Below, piece after piece: positions 13,461-26,675 of a stretch of 64,000 nt of DNA. This stretch comes from Octopus sinensis (taxonomy: Eukaryota): positions 41,726,001 through 41,790,000 of the forward strand of contig NC_043006.1 in assembly GCF_006345805.1 (NCBI RefSeq), written 5' to 3'. Both the position numbers and the translations under genes were made by a program. The notes under the pieces are model-generated. The model was given only the letters and a program-made list of their open reading frames with translations, was not told the DNA's origin and did not search any database. Position 1 is the stretch's first letter; every line of letters begins with the position of its first letter.

Positions 13461-13533
13461 TATATAATATATATATATATATACATATATGTTTTTGTTT
13501 GTCTGTGTTTGTCCCCTCAACATGGCTTGACAA
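13222..13533 (+). mobile_element. SINE family A, 3' part lost at a MITE junction
   Basis: ggcgcaggagcggctgcgtggtaag... stops at cttgacaac; the consensus continuation cgatgctgg is absent. Confidence 0.9.
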
Positions 13534-13859
13534 CTAAAGTCCAAACCACTAATTAACGATAAATTCTCGAAGGGAATAAAACAAAGACATCTACCATCTA
13601 TTTCCTGGACCGGTTTCTGACTTCTTTTATCAAATAAAATAATTTGCCGGGCGAAGTCATCGTCAACAGGTACGCCAAGATTAAATATATAAGCACGAAG
13701 CCAATCCAGCACGTGCCTCTTGCTTACACATTTTTTCCCTACCTGTTGACGGAAAATTTGTTTAAAAAAGTCAGAAACCGGTCCAGGAAATAGCTGGTAA
13801 ATGTTTTTATTCTTCATTCCGTTCGGGAATTTATCTCTAATTAGTGGTTCGGACTTTAG
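13534..13859. mobile_element. MITE with long (~125-bp) TIRs, probably Tc1/mariner-derived (TA at both ends)
   Basis: ctaaagtcc(a/g)aaccactaatta...ctatttcctggaccggtttctgactt...cgtcaacaggta matches revcomp of the right end; TA immediately outside aagtcc/ggactt. Confidence 0.8.
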
Positions 13860-13926
13860 CTGTTCCTTCTAGCCTAAGCTAGTCCTATGATGGACACCTC
13901 TTAATGTGTTTAAATGTACACTGTAT

Positions 13927-13993
<67 letters not shown>

Positions 13994-15015
13994 GGATGGA
14001 TGGATGGTGAATACCACTTAAGGACATATTTTGTCCTATGTACATTAGCAAGTGTGCTTGTTCTTACGAATGTTAGATATTCTGGGTATGTCATTTATAG
14101 AGAAAGCAGCGATATTAATGCTAAAACCATTGTAAAATTACTTGTTTTATATGTTTTCAGAGAAGACGATGTCATAAAACAGCAATTTCATTTTATTTGA
14201 AGCATCATGTAGTGACAGCTTAATTTGACTTTAATCTATTCTGCGTTATCTTAAGACACTGGCATTAAGAAAGACAGCGAAATCCGAATCAATAACTCAA
14301 ATATTGGCGAATTGCAATCTTGATAATTTTTAGAGATTCTTAGCATTATAACGTCCGATCTTTTATGCATTATTTACGTCTAATCCATTACAACAGTCAA
14401 ATACATAATGCATCAGACATTCAAATCATAGATTCAGACGTTCGTTCTCAGTCAATGAATCCAATGAAATTGCGATCAATGTATAGAAATACCTACAACT
14501 TCATTGCATCAACGCTGTCGTTGTACTTCATAGAGGAGGTGGTGGCAAAGCATGGCGGTGGCTCTTGTGTAGTAGTAGTTGGCTGCTCAGCTTAAGGATA
14601 CGTTTGACGTGAAGATATCCATTCGATCGTCTATTAAACACGCAGATATAAGATGTAGAACTTATGAATTATATGCTAATTCGTTTCGAATACCAGCATA
14701 TTAAGCTTTTACCTTGTTTCAAGCAACGGACTGTTTTTGCTGAGCCACAAAGTTATTATACAATCTAATAACGGTTATCAAGCGATGTTGGAGACAAACA
14801 CAAAAGCACACACACAACCACACACACACATATATATATATACATGACTTGTTCATCATGCTTGCTGGTGAATAGGTACTCTTCTATGCATTACTTCTCC
14901 TGTATATGCATGTTTAGAATGCTACCTGTCGTTGGTAGATATATGCTATGAATGAAATCTATGAATGCACCAATAGAATGTTGCTTCAACAGCTGTAATA
15001 AATTTTAAACTCTAT

Positions 15016-15054
<39 letters not shown>

Positions 15055-15225
15055 CACACACCTGCAGTATACTACCAACAAGTGTCATCTAACGGATGCT
15101 TACCACACTGTGAATTTTGTTATTGTACCCAGCTAGTCCTGGCAACTAACTTATTGATATTCCTAGATTCTGATCAACCCTGTGACTAATCAGTCTCTCT
15201 CTCCCTCTCTCTCTCTCTCTCTATA

Positions 15226-15266
<41 letters not shown>

Positions 15267-15548
15267 TATCCAAAACGTTTAGTATTAATCCGTTCTGGCG
15301 TTTGCTAAATTTTCTTGAGACCAATCCTTTCTTAGTGTTAAGGCAATAAGGGGTCTACTTCTGGCATAATGGATGTCCACTTAGTGGTCATCCCTCATAT
15401 GTATGTAATAAAATTTTACTGAATCTTCAGATTTTTCAATATGCTAGACCACTAGTTTTAAATTGATATAAATTAAATTAATATTCAAGTTTTCACTCTT
15501 ATTATTTTATATACACATATATGTATAGATATGCATATATATATATAT

Positions 15549-16055
15549 ACTAGCAGTATCGCCCGGCGTTGCTCGGGTTTGTAAGGGAAATAACTATATA
15601 AGCATTTTTAGAGAGTTACTTCCCTTATAAATTCGGGCTTTCTTAGCCATTTTTGTTTTGGTGTCTTCAAGCCATGAAGTCGTTGTTCTAAAAGAACGTT
15701 GGTTTCCTTCACAATGCATTACGACGTTGATTTCTTTACACTCCCTTCCCCACAGCTTCACGAGGGAGGGAGGGGGGAGAAGCAAACAGGTGCAGCTGTG
15801 AGCGTGGACGCCAACTCCCCGCCATCGACATACGATGCATTTTATGCATTAAAATGGAATAAAAAATGATGTTAAATTATTTTTAAAATTGTAGACTCAT
15901 CGTTGACGCGCGCTAATAGTCAGACGGGCTCGATATGCATCACGACTATAAGATACCCGAATTTGGTTAAACTGCATCGCAAAATGTGGGAGGAGTTAGG
16001 AATCTAAATCGAAGGGGACAGACACTCACACAACTAGAGTTTTATATATATAGAT
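15549..16055 (+). mobile_element. Non-autonomous Helitron/Helentron-like element (HINE/DINE-1/Lep1-type ends)
   Basis: 5' actagcagtatcgcccggcgttgctcggg with a small hairpin; 3' cagacactcacacaac...ttttatatatatagat. End architecture recognised by eye. Confidence 0.6.
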
Positions 16056-16225
16056 ATAAAGTTAATCCAAACAAGAAAACACAGAAAAAAACACAGCAAC
16101 GCGAGGACGTGGAGCAATTAATGTATTATTTGACGCTCAGGAAAGAAGGGAAGGAGGGTTTAACGTTTCAAGCGGAGCTCTTCGTCGGAAACAAGGAGAA
16201 GGAAAGATATATATATGTGTGTGTG

Positions 16226-16272
<47 letters not shown>

Positions 16273-16305
16273 GTGTGTGTGTATATATATATATGTGTGT
16301 GTGTG

Positions 16306-16338
<33 letters not shown>

Positions 16339-16749
16339 ATATATAGAGAGAGAGATAGAGAGAGGGAACTAGAATCTACTATTATAAATACATAAGACGG
16401 ATATCTTTCAGTTTCCAACTACCATTTCCAAGTGGGTATATTAGACTACGCTAACTGAAGAGGGTATCATATTGTTTGGAAGCAAATGTTTCCCACACAG
16501 TCACATCTGACAAATGTATTCTACTAAATTCGTCATTTGTAAAGCCAATCGCAGCAAAACCAGTTTTTCAACAGAAATATGGTAACAAAATATCGAGTAT
16601 CTACGTTTTGGTAATAGAACAACTTCCGTTTCTTTTTTTAGTTGAATACTTATTACACAATATATTCGAACCCAAATATAACTATCGGTAAAGCACCGGA
16701 GCGTTTACTGTTTTATTTTATTACTGAACTCTGCAATAGAATACAATGA

Positions 16750-17125
16750 TTAGCATGCCGGACGAAATGCGTAGCCGTATTAGTCTGCCGTTACGTTCTG
16801 AGTTCAAATTCCGCCAAGGTCGACTTTGCTTTTCATCCTTCCGGGGTCTATTAAATAAGTACCAGTTACGCACTGGGGTAGATATAACTGACTTCATCCG
16901 TCTGTCTTTCTTTCTTTGTCCCGTCTGTGTTTAGCCCCTTGTGGGCAGTAAAGAAATAGGTATTTCGTCAGTCATTACGTTCTGGGTTAAAATTCCGCCA
17001 TGGTCGACTTTGTACTTCATCCCATTAGCAGTCGAAAAAATAAATACCAGCTGAAATCTTGAGTCGATTTCACGGCGTTACTCCTACGCCGAACTTGTTG
17101 GCCTTGTGCCAAAGGTTCAAACCAA
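16750..17125 (+). mobile_element. Dimeric SINE family B
   Basis: Two core units with the same linker (tttgtcc..gtttagccccttgtggg..aaagaaata) as 8250-8678. Confidence 0.85.
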
Positions 17126-18382
17126 TATATATAGACATTTGTAAATATGTTGTCTTTCGTTAAAATATTTGTGGACTGCAATAATATTCAACCGAATTAA
17201 TATCAGTCTTGTGATAAGACCTTTTCTCTTTACTCGACCATCGAGACACTGCTTAATTAATCCACTTCTACTAAGAAGCTTAAGTAAATGAGATAGAATA
17301 ATCTATTAAGAATGCGTCATATATGCAAATTGATCAACGTTATTTACTCAAGCTCTTAGTAGTAATTAGAATATAAGCAGTGTTCATGTGGACAGTTAAA
17401 GATGACTTGGAACATACAGTATCTAAAGATTCAGTGCGTAAAGTTGTTTACATCCATCTATCCATTCAGCATTGTATAAACTCTATTATAGTTATAATCC
17501 GTAGCACAGCTTAGCATAGAAACATAACTATTATGAAGATTCGTATAATCATTGTAATTGTAGCAATGTCACATGCATTTCATTTTCTGTTACTTAGCTA
17601 CGTAATTATATACAAGCATATGTGCTTTCCCTCATATGAATTATTATATATATGAGAGAGGGACAGACATACAGACACAGACAGAGGGGAAATAAAGATA
17701 GATATACATAGATACTTAGATAAATGATAGAAAATGGGTAAGCATCCTCACACTAAGTGAAATGATGGTTGTATCTAACAAAGAGCAATTATGTGAGGGG
17801 ATGCATTTATACATTGGATAATGTTTACGCAACATCTCACCTAATTACTGCTGGTTTTGAAAACATTTTGTGATTTCAAATAAAGTATGTCACTTATTCC
17901 ATATTCTATCATTTATCCATTTATATAAATTCTAAGGATACTAAGGAATTCCGGATGTACATCCGGCAGGAGAAGCATTTCCACTGTATGATGACATCAG
18001 ACAGCCAGTAATTGCGGGCTAGCTTTCCGGAGCATTCTACAAGGTTTTACCTCTTAGTATTACTATCCAGGGACAGCCAAAATTCTGTCCTAATATTCAA
18101 CGTCATTTGATAAGCAACATTCTACCACACACTCGCAAAATCTTGTATTCAAAACTAAATTTCTATTTCTCTGTGATTATTCTTACACTTTATTAAAACT
18201 CTCTTTTTGTTCCACTTTAATATGACGTAAGAATGTGAAGCAGGAACCATGAGCGTTAATGTTAATGATGTTTCTAATCATGGACACGTTTACAATGCCA
18301 CTTGAAGCTCGTTTCCATGTCTTCTAATTACCGTTTCTGTAATTCCATCACTTCTGTGGACTATATACAGATACATATCTAA

Positions 18383-18703
18383 AGACTCCGCCGGTTACGA
18401 CGACGAGGGTCCCAGCTGATACGATCAACGGAACAGCTTGCTCGTGAAATTAACGTGCAAATGGCTGAGCATTCCACAGACACGTGTACCCTTAACGTAG
18501 TTCTCGGGGATAATCAGCGTGACACAGAGAGTGACAAGGCTGACCCTTTGAAATACAAGTACAACTCATTTTTGCCAGCTGAGTGGGCTGGAGCAACGTG
18601 AAATAAAGTGTCTTGCTCAAGGACACAACGCGTCGCCGGGAATCGAACTCACAACCTTACGATCATGAGCCGAATGCCCTAACCACTAAGCCACGCGCCC
18701 TCA
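18383..18703 (-). mobile_element. Full-length tRNA-derived SINE family C with a 15-bp TSD
   Basis: Minus strand gcgcgtggcttagtggttaggg...gagttcgattccc...gtgtccttgagcaagacac; TSD cag(a/g)tacatatctaa at 18368-18382 and 18704-18718. Confidence 0.92.
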
Positions 18704-20671
18704 CAGGTACATATCTAATTGGCTCTTAACCCTTCTGCATGCTATATACGCAACTGTGTTTGCTATAACTGATACACGAAAGTTTATTTCGATGGCACAA
18801 TGTTCTTAGCGAATGTTAGTGCCATTAGAAGGGTGATTTATTTCAAGTAGAACGTTCTGCTAAATTAATGTATTTTCTTTTTATTACGAACCACCGTGGG
18901 TTAACTTTGTATTTCATCGTTGAAACAAGTAAGAGTTATACGCCACTTTCTCTTGAAAATTTTCTTTCTGCTAGGCGAAAACTAATCAACAATTATACAG
19001 TTTCATAACATCGCACGCTTAAATGCTTAGAACATTAAATTGCTTAAATAAGTTTATGAATATGTCTGACTTCAGTTCAAAATTAATTACTTAGATTAAT
19101 TACTGAAATTCCTTCTCCTCTAAAATCAAAAGCATTTAGAGATGACAAATATCTCTAAGTAGAGGGGGAATCATTTCGATTACTTATTAAATCCATTTCA
19201 CATGGTTCTACAGTTTAGAAACTTAGGAAAGCAATGAAGCTTTTTCAGAATCTACTCTACTCGAAATAAAAGTACTTGTGAATTAGAAATGACTAATTGT
19301 AAAATCTTTTTCCCAGATACATACAGGTCGGTTTAAAGACCAACTACTCACTGCGGTTTTGTTTCTGCAATTTACTAATGAAAACAACGTGATAGGTGCT
19401 GCGAATTTCATACGTTTTCCTCTGTATTACTTTTATAAAAGAAAAAAAGACCTCCGCCAAGAAAGGAAACCGATTCACAGACTGGACTCTTCTGTTCTCT
19501 GCTTCCCACATAGTAATACGGAATTCTTAATTAGGTACATTGATGATTGCTGCAGTGAAGTGATTATAATCTCTTCTAATGGCTCTCGTATATTTGTACA
19601 TATTTATTGAACCCAGGCTGAAAAACAAATTAGATAACAGGATTTCATCTCAGAATATAGATGAACAGAACAAAATGCTATAAAGCATTTATACTATCTC
19701 AGGTAATATTCTTAAAAGTAGTTCAAGTTTCAAAACTGTAAGTATACCTAAAATTACAGGCCTTTAAATACTTATACATTTTCCTTGAAGAAATAGCTGA
19801 TGTTGGTCGTAATAAAACCTCTTTTAAGAGAGAGTATGTATATGTGATACACTTATCGATCACTAGATTTACGCTGTATGTAGTAAATTGATTTTAGAGC
19901 GCCGTGTACTTTAAGTGCAAAGGGCCATTTCTGTTTAGGCAGTAGCATTTTCTCCTTGTCAGAGACGGATGTAACGCAATCTTCCCCTCACTTTAAATTT
20001 GATTATTCACTCTATTGATTCGCTCTGTTTAGTAGTTATCATTATACTTGTCAAATAACTAAGCTTACTTAATATTATGGCTCGTCCTTCGTTGACTGAA
20101 AATCACGTTCGCCATAATTACTGTCTACTCCATTTAATCTTACTGAGGCGAATAGGTCAAAGGTTCAGTTACTTATGTTTTAATACCAACTTGCAGTTTG
20201 GTTTCTTCAATGAGAAAAATAAACTTGAGGACACACTGTTTATTCAAGCGTTGTGCATATATCTACATCCGTACAGATGCAGTAGACTTACGAGACGAAA
20301 TTCTTATTTTTTTTTATTTCATGCATGAACTGTTGTAATGATTTTAAGTATTTTCTATTATAAACTGATGAATGTTTGGATTGGGGATTAAAGACTGCGG
20401 GAGGTGCATTCGTTATTTCTAGAAATGATTTAAAATGTTTAGTCATTCGAAAAATGAATTATAAAAAGGAAGTTGGGAATTAGATGGTGAATGAAGTGAA
20501 AACGGGAAATCTAGCAAGAAAGTCACTAGTTCGTATGCTGTGTGAGGTTTGCTGTTCATTATTAGATCATGGCCGTTTCAGATTAAGCAGGCTTATATTC
20601 ACAGAAATGTTAGTCATGGAAATGCTATCCATTTTATTCGATATAGAGAACTGTTTTTTATCTTTATCTTT

Positions 20672-20825
20672 TGCTTGTTCCAGTCATTAGACTGCGACCA
20701 TGCTGGGATACCGCATTAAGAATTTTTATTCGAATGAATCAACCCAAGTACTTATTGTTTTTTTTTTTATCTTTGTACTTATTCTATCGGTTTCTTTTTG
20801 TCGAACCCCCAAGTTTCGAGGACGT
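20672..20825 (-). mobile_element. SINE family A 3' fragment
   Basis: cttgttccagtcattagactgcgaccatgctgg...tacttattctatcggt. Confidence 0.75.
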
Positions 20826-21267
20826 GATTTAGCAGTTCCGGCCACCGTAGAAGACGGCTCTCATCTGCCTCCGATATGAATATGTGTGTTTTAGGCACCA
20901 TGCATCCATATGAGAGATCCTCTCGAGGTAAATGAGATAGGCTTTGTTGCTCTAACTAAACATTCATTTTATGATGGATATAAACATTGCCTTTTTGAAA
21001 TTTGTCGCTCCTGAATATTTTGTCTTTCACCCTTTTCATAGAAAATAGAATTTCAATCTGATAAAATTTTGATTTAGGGAGCTACCTGGCGATGGCATCG
21101 AGTTGTATGTTAACGTATAACATTGTTATTATAATGCTTTCGATGTTCGTCACTTCTCTGTTCTGAGTTTTCATCAATCCAGAAACCACTTCGCCATACT
21201 ACTGATAACACTATTGATCTTGAAGCTTTCAACTGGACGTCAACGTTGAAAGTAAAAGAGACCAGAT

Positions 21268-21478
21268 ACGCAGGCATGACTGTGTGGTTAAGAAGCTCAT
21301 TTTGCAACCACTTGATTGCGGGCTCAGTCGCACTGCACGGCACCTTAGGTAAGTATCCACTATATAACCCCATGCCGACAAATGCATTGATAAATGGGAT
21401 TTGGTAGATGAAAATTGATTGAATGCCCGGCGTATATATGGATATAGATGTGTGTGTTTGTGTGTGTGTTTGTCCTAC
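21268..21478 (+). mobile_element. SINE family A 5' half, diverged
   Basis: gcaggcatgactgtgtggttaagaagc...ggcaccttaggtaag...ggatttggtagatgaaaa. Confidence 0.75.
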
Positions 21479-21479
21479 T

Positions 21480-21665
21480 AGGCCTTGTAAGTAACCCGGC
21501 GCTAGTTTGTGCACTTACTTGCTTACTTGTACTCAGCAGGTACTCATTTTTTAGACAAGAAGACTGGAACGGTGTGAAAGTCTGTGCTGTGTTCATTGGC
21601 ACCAGGACCCGAGAGGAATAGATCCCACAGCCACGTTGTTATTAGTGTAGCGATCTGACCACTAG
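21480..21665 (-). mobile_element. Diverged tRNA-headed SINE fragment
   Basis: Minus strand ctagtggtcagatcgc A-box-like start and aaaaaatgagtacc core-like motif. Confidence 0.45.
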
Positions 21666-21979
21666 ATCATAAGTCTTTATCATGACTGTGATAATAAAGA
21701 CATCTGGATATAAATAGCTCACGACATGACGCCATGTGGACATAATTTGCTCAGGATTTACTAATTACAGCTATTAGAGAATAGAGCATAACATAAAATG
21801 TCCAGTGATTTCGCAGAGAATTGGATGCAGTTAAACATGCAACATCCCTAAATGTACATCTCCTATTGTTTCCTAACTTCCAATTTTGAGATTGCATCTC
21901 ATGTCTCCCTTGAAGTGTTGTAGCCCATAAAAGGAAAGCTCGATATCATTATTTCAACTGAACGAATACATACATACAA

Positions 21980-22012
<33 letters not shown>

Positions 22013-22033
22013 CACACACACACACACACACAC

Positions 22034-22085
<52 letters not shown>

Positions 22086-22569
22086 ATATATATGTATATA
22101 TATCATGTTTGTGTATTCATTATGTATGCATGTATATGTATAAAAATATGTAAATATGTGTATATGTATGTATGTGTATACTTATATGTGTGTATGTGTG
22201 TGTGCGTATTCATATATTTGTATATATGTGTGTGTGTTTCTGTGTTTATAATGCATGTATTCATATACATACGAAGTGTGCGGGCACGCACACACATACA
22301 CACAATAACCTGTTTTGATTCGTTGTCATTGATTCGGAATATTCTAAACTAACATTTTGAATGAATACAATTTGTTGATTCTTAAAATATTAGCAATTAT
22401 GAAGCAAATTACAAATGGCGAACGAAATTCTGGCTGTTGCCAATTTACAGTGCAACAAATAAAGAAACATTAGTAATTTATCAAATACAAAAATAAGGTT
22501 GTACATCGCTACATAAATCAATTTTGCTGTGTACTAAAATACAAAATGTTGATGGAATACTGAAAACCA

Positions 22570-22621
<52 letters not shown>

Positions 22622-23108
22622 TGAGAAGAAAGCAAGATGTAATGATAGAGATGGCATTTAGTACATTAATGATTCATAAACATACTGGTTGTTTAGGCTG
22701 AAATAAGCTGGTGAAATAATACGGTAGCAAATGGGACGTTAATTACAGCTTAATGTTAGGATGTAGAATTTATAACGAGTGTTTACGCGAATTAAATATG
22801 CATTGGTTTTTGGTTCATAAACAGCAAACTTTGTGGAAATTATTGATTCCGAAGCATCAACAGATGTTAGAAATATGTTACAGAGAAACAGTTTTCTAGA
22901 TATCAATTGTATTTAGGTTTACGTTGATTAACATGAAATTCGTTTACACGTAAACATGTATCGGAACGTACACAGTAACAATATACACTGTACTAACACA
23001 TCAATAGTAGTATAAATATATGCACTCGCATGATTGGGTCTGAGGTATTAATTGGGTTCAGAATATCTACCGTACACATACACACACATATATATGTATA
23101 TATATATA

Positions 23109-23169
<61 letters not shown>

Positions 23170-23199
23170 ATATATATATATATATGTATGCATGTATAT

Positions 23200-23242
<43 letters not shown>

Positions 23243-23267
23243 ATATATACATATATACATATATATA

Positions 23268-23432
23268 GGCGCAGGAGTGGCAGTATGGTAAGTAGCTTGT
23301 TTACCAACCACATGGTTCTGGGTTCAGTCCCACTGCGTGGCACATTGGGCAAGTGTCTTCTACTATAGCCTCGGGCCGACCAAAGCCTTGTGAATGGATT
23401 TGGTAGACAGAAACTGAAAGAAGCCCGTCGTA

Positions 23433-23519
<87 letters not shown>

Positions 23520-23747
23520 TGTGTGTGTTTGTGTGTCTGTGTTTGTCCCCCTAGCATTGCTTGACAACCCATGATGGTGTGTTTATGCCCCGGTTACTTA
23601 GCAGTTCGGCAAAAAGAGACCGATAGAATAAGTACTGGGCTTACAAAAAGAATAAGTCCCGGGGTCGAGTTGCTCGATTAAAGGCGCTGCTCCAGCATGG
23701 CGGCAGTCAAATGACTGAAACAAGTAAAAGAGTAAAAGAGTAAAAGA
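23268..23747 (+). mobile_element. Full-length SINE family A inserted in a (TA)n tract
   Basis: Complete head, ~110-bp internal (TA)n, tail gtaaaagagtaaaagag. Confidence 0.95.
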
Positions 23748-23861
23748 TATATATATATATACATATATATATATGTATGTATGTATATGTATATATATAT
23801 ATATGTATGTATGTATATAAATATATATACATGTATATATATATGTATATATATATATATG

Positions 23862-23956
<95 letters not shown>

Positions 23957-23960
23957 ATAT

Positions 23961-24030
<70 letters not shown>

Positions 24031-24124
24031 ATATATATATATATGAAATATAAATTTATATCTTGAGTGACAACAACGCTCAAGATATACAACGGACTGG
24101 AAATAGAAGTGCTCTAATGTGCTG

Positions 24125-24571
24125 TATACACTTTTTTATCCGAGGGGGAGCAACAAACACAGGAACATCAGAAAATCCACAGAATGACGAAACACATACA
24201 AATCTTCATATACTTATTTATATCTATAAAGCCCGACATTTAAAAATTTTTAAATTTAGTAATATATAAATATATCATGTAAAAATATCAATTTTGCATA
24301 TAACACCTTGAATTTACGCTTAAAACATTTAGTATAAATTTGTTACGATAAGAGAGATAATTATAATAATAATAATTATAAATAAAAATAAAGCAAACAA
24401 GGCATATTAAAAGACGAATTAAAATTCTAGCGAAATGTACATAGAAGATAATAATTATACAAGTTTACAAAAATATATGTTTACAAAGATACACAGAAGT
24501 CCATCTACGGGCCGTTTCGGAGACGCGCCAATTAATATTATTAGACATATCATATACTTACAATTGGCACT
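24125..24571 (-). repeat. Inverted pseudo-LTR of the Penelope-like element (truncated inside its hammerhead)
   Basis: Revcomp of 27084-27543 with scattered substitutions and indels; contains catc-tac-gggccg-tttc (24502-24518) but not the CTGATGA core. Confidence 0.9.
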
Positions 24572-24616
24572 CGCATGATTGGGTCTGATGTATTAATTGA
24601 GTTCAGAATCTACCGT

Positions 24617-24651
<35 letters not shown>

Positions 24652-24662
24652 ATATATATATA

Positions 24663-24767
<105 letters not shown>

Positions 24768-24810
24768 GTGTGTGTGTTTATGAATTTATGTATGTATGTA
24801 TATATACACA

Positions 24811-26675
24811 TATATGGATGATGCATTGTTCATCGTCTCTAATCATTCAAATCCACAGATTGAAAGAATGAAGAAGGACCTTGGAGAATTTCTCAAGGAC
24901 TTTATAATTTGAGCATCGTTTTTGAGAATGATCCTAAAGTGGCAAATTTCTTGGATGTCACTCTCGATCTGAATCCTAGCTTTCCGAAAACTAAACCAAA
25001 CTTTCCAATATATCAATGTTTCCCGAAATAATCCCAAATCAACCATCAATAGCATTGTAACTGCAATTTCTATCAGAATCTCAAACCTATCGGCGAATGA
25101 AAACCTCTTTAATCAACATGCCCCAATGTACAACAGTGCCTTAAAATTGAGTGGGTTCACAAATAACTTTGAATACATACACAATACAAAATTAAAAATT
25201 TAATTGGTCAAAATGGTCAGCGACGATATGAAACGGATTTCTGATAGCAGAGGCTCCCCTCATGATCCCCAAGCTGATAATGACCAATATTTATGCTGAT
25301 AAAATGAGATTTGAAAATAAGAGAAATAAATGTGGTTGGTTTTGTAAATGGTAACCACATTAATAAGGTTAATAACGAGAATTGTAATGATGAAAATACC
25401 ATGGATGATAACAGCAACGGGAGGGATGGGGTTGCAAATAATAAGAATCATAAACATGAATTGAGGTTTAAAGTTGGGCTTAGGTCTAATGAAGGTGAAA
25501 ATAGGAATAAGAATGATACTAATAGTAATAAAAATAAAAATATACATATTACTAATAGATACAGGAATGGCCTTGCATTTAGAACATCAAGTCAAGCAAC
25601 ATATTGTAATCCCATTATTAATACTAAGTCTAGGATTCGTCAAGTTACCTAGTTTGGCCCTCCCTTTCCATTAAGGGTGAAAAGTTTACTAAAGCTATTT
25701 TTTAAGTTATTAAAGGAAAATTTCCCAAAACACCATAAATACTATTCAATATGTAACAAGTTAACAATCAAGTTGGCCTACTCAGTAACTCCCAATGTCG
25801 GATCTATTATTGCTTCGTTCTAAAATGATAGAAATGATGATGATGACAGAAGCTTTAATGGAAAATTCATTAACGACATAGAAGATAGTAGTAATATTAA
25901 TAGTACGTCTTCTGAAATCGATTATGAAGGGCGTCTTGGAATGACAAATAATGCAAATAGTAGAAATAATCATAATAATGATGTTGGTGATGATATTAGT
26001 GATTATAATGATTGTCAAGGTGGTAATAATAGTGTTAATTGTAGTGATAATGGTAATAAAAATATTAGTAAAAATAAAAATAAGAATAAGAATGATGGTA
26101 ATAGTAAGAATAACAATAGAATAAATATACCGGAAAATAGTACGAACGATGGTGTAAATGATATGGTGGATCGTAGTACTGGGAGGGGGCATGGTTTCGG
26201 AGTGATCAGTAATATGAGACCCCGTAGCAGGTTGAAGAAATGTAATTGTAGGGACCCATCAGTATGTCCGATTAGCGGAAATTGTCGTCAGGAAAATGTA
26301 GTGTTGAGGCTCAAGGAGGCCAGAGAAAAATATATATTGGAAGCACAGTAGACTTTGAGCAGAGGTACCGATCCCACCTGAGCTCTTTCAACAATCTCTA
26401 AATATAGGACCTCTACAACTTTGGCATTACATGTTAATGACCTTAAGGAAAGAAATGTTGAATTTAAAATATCATGGGCTATCCTTGCGCATGCCTCCCT
26501 TTATAGAATTGGGTCCACTAGATGCAGTTTATGCATTAGGGAAGCATATACTATATTGAAAAATTACAACAACGCAGTGTTAAATAAGTTCACTGATGCA
26601 ATACCAGCGTGTACGCATAGGATCCACTCGACGTTCCATAAGAAATTTAGAAATAGAAATAGCAATAAAAGTTAG
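24811..26675 (+). pseudogene. 5'-truncated, degenerate RT + GIY-YIG polyprotein of a Penelope-like element (Naiad-type)
   Basis: YMDDALFIV (24811), NFLDVTLDL, YINVSRNNP, RISNLSANENLFNQHAPMYNSALKLSGF, T*FGPPF, ICNKLTIKLAYSVTPNVGSII, CNCRDPSVCPISGNC, KIYIGST..FEQRYRSHLSSFNN, LALHVNDLK, ISWAIL, RCSLC, CTHR; at least 4 frameshifts and several stops. Confidence 0.93.

Noticed and set aside
13540-13565. MITE TIR shares the words aaccacta and aattagagataaa with the (TA)n-abutting family
   Set aside because: Short AT-rich words in permuted order; probably coincidence
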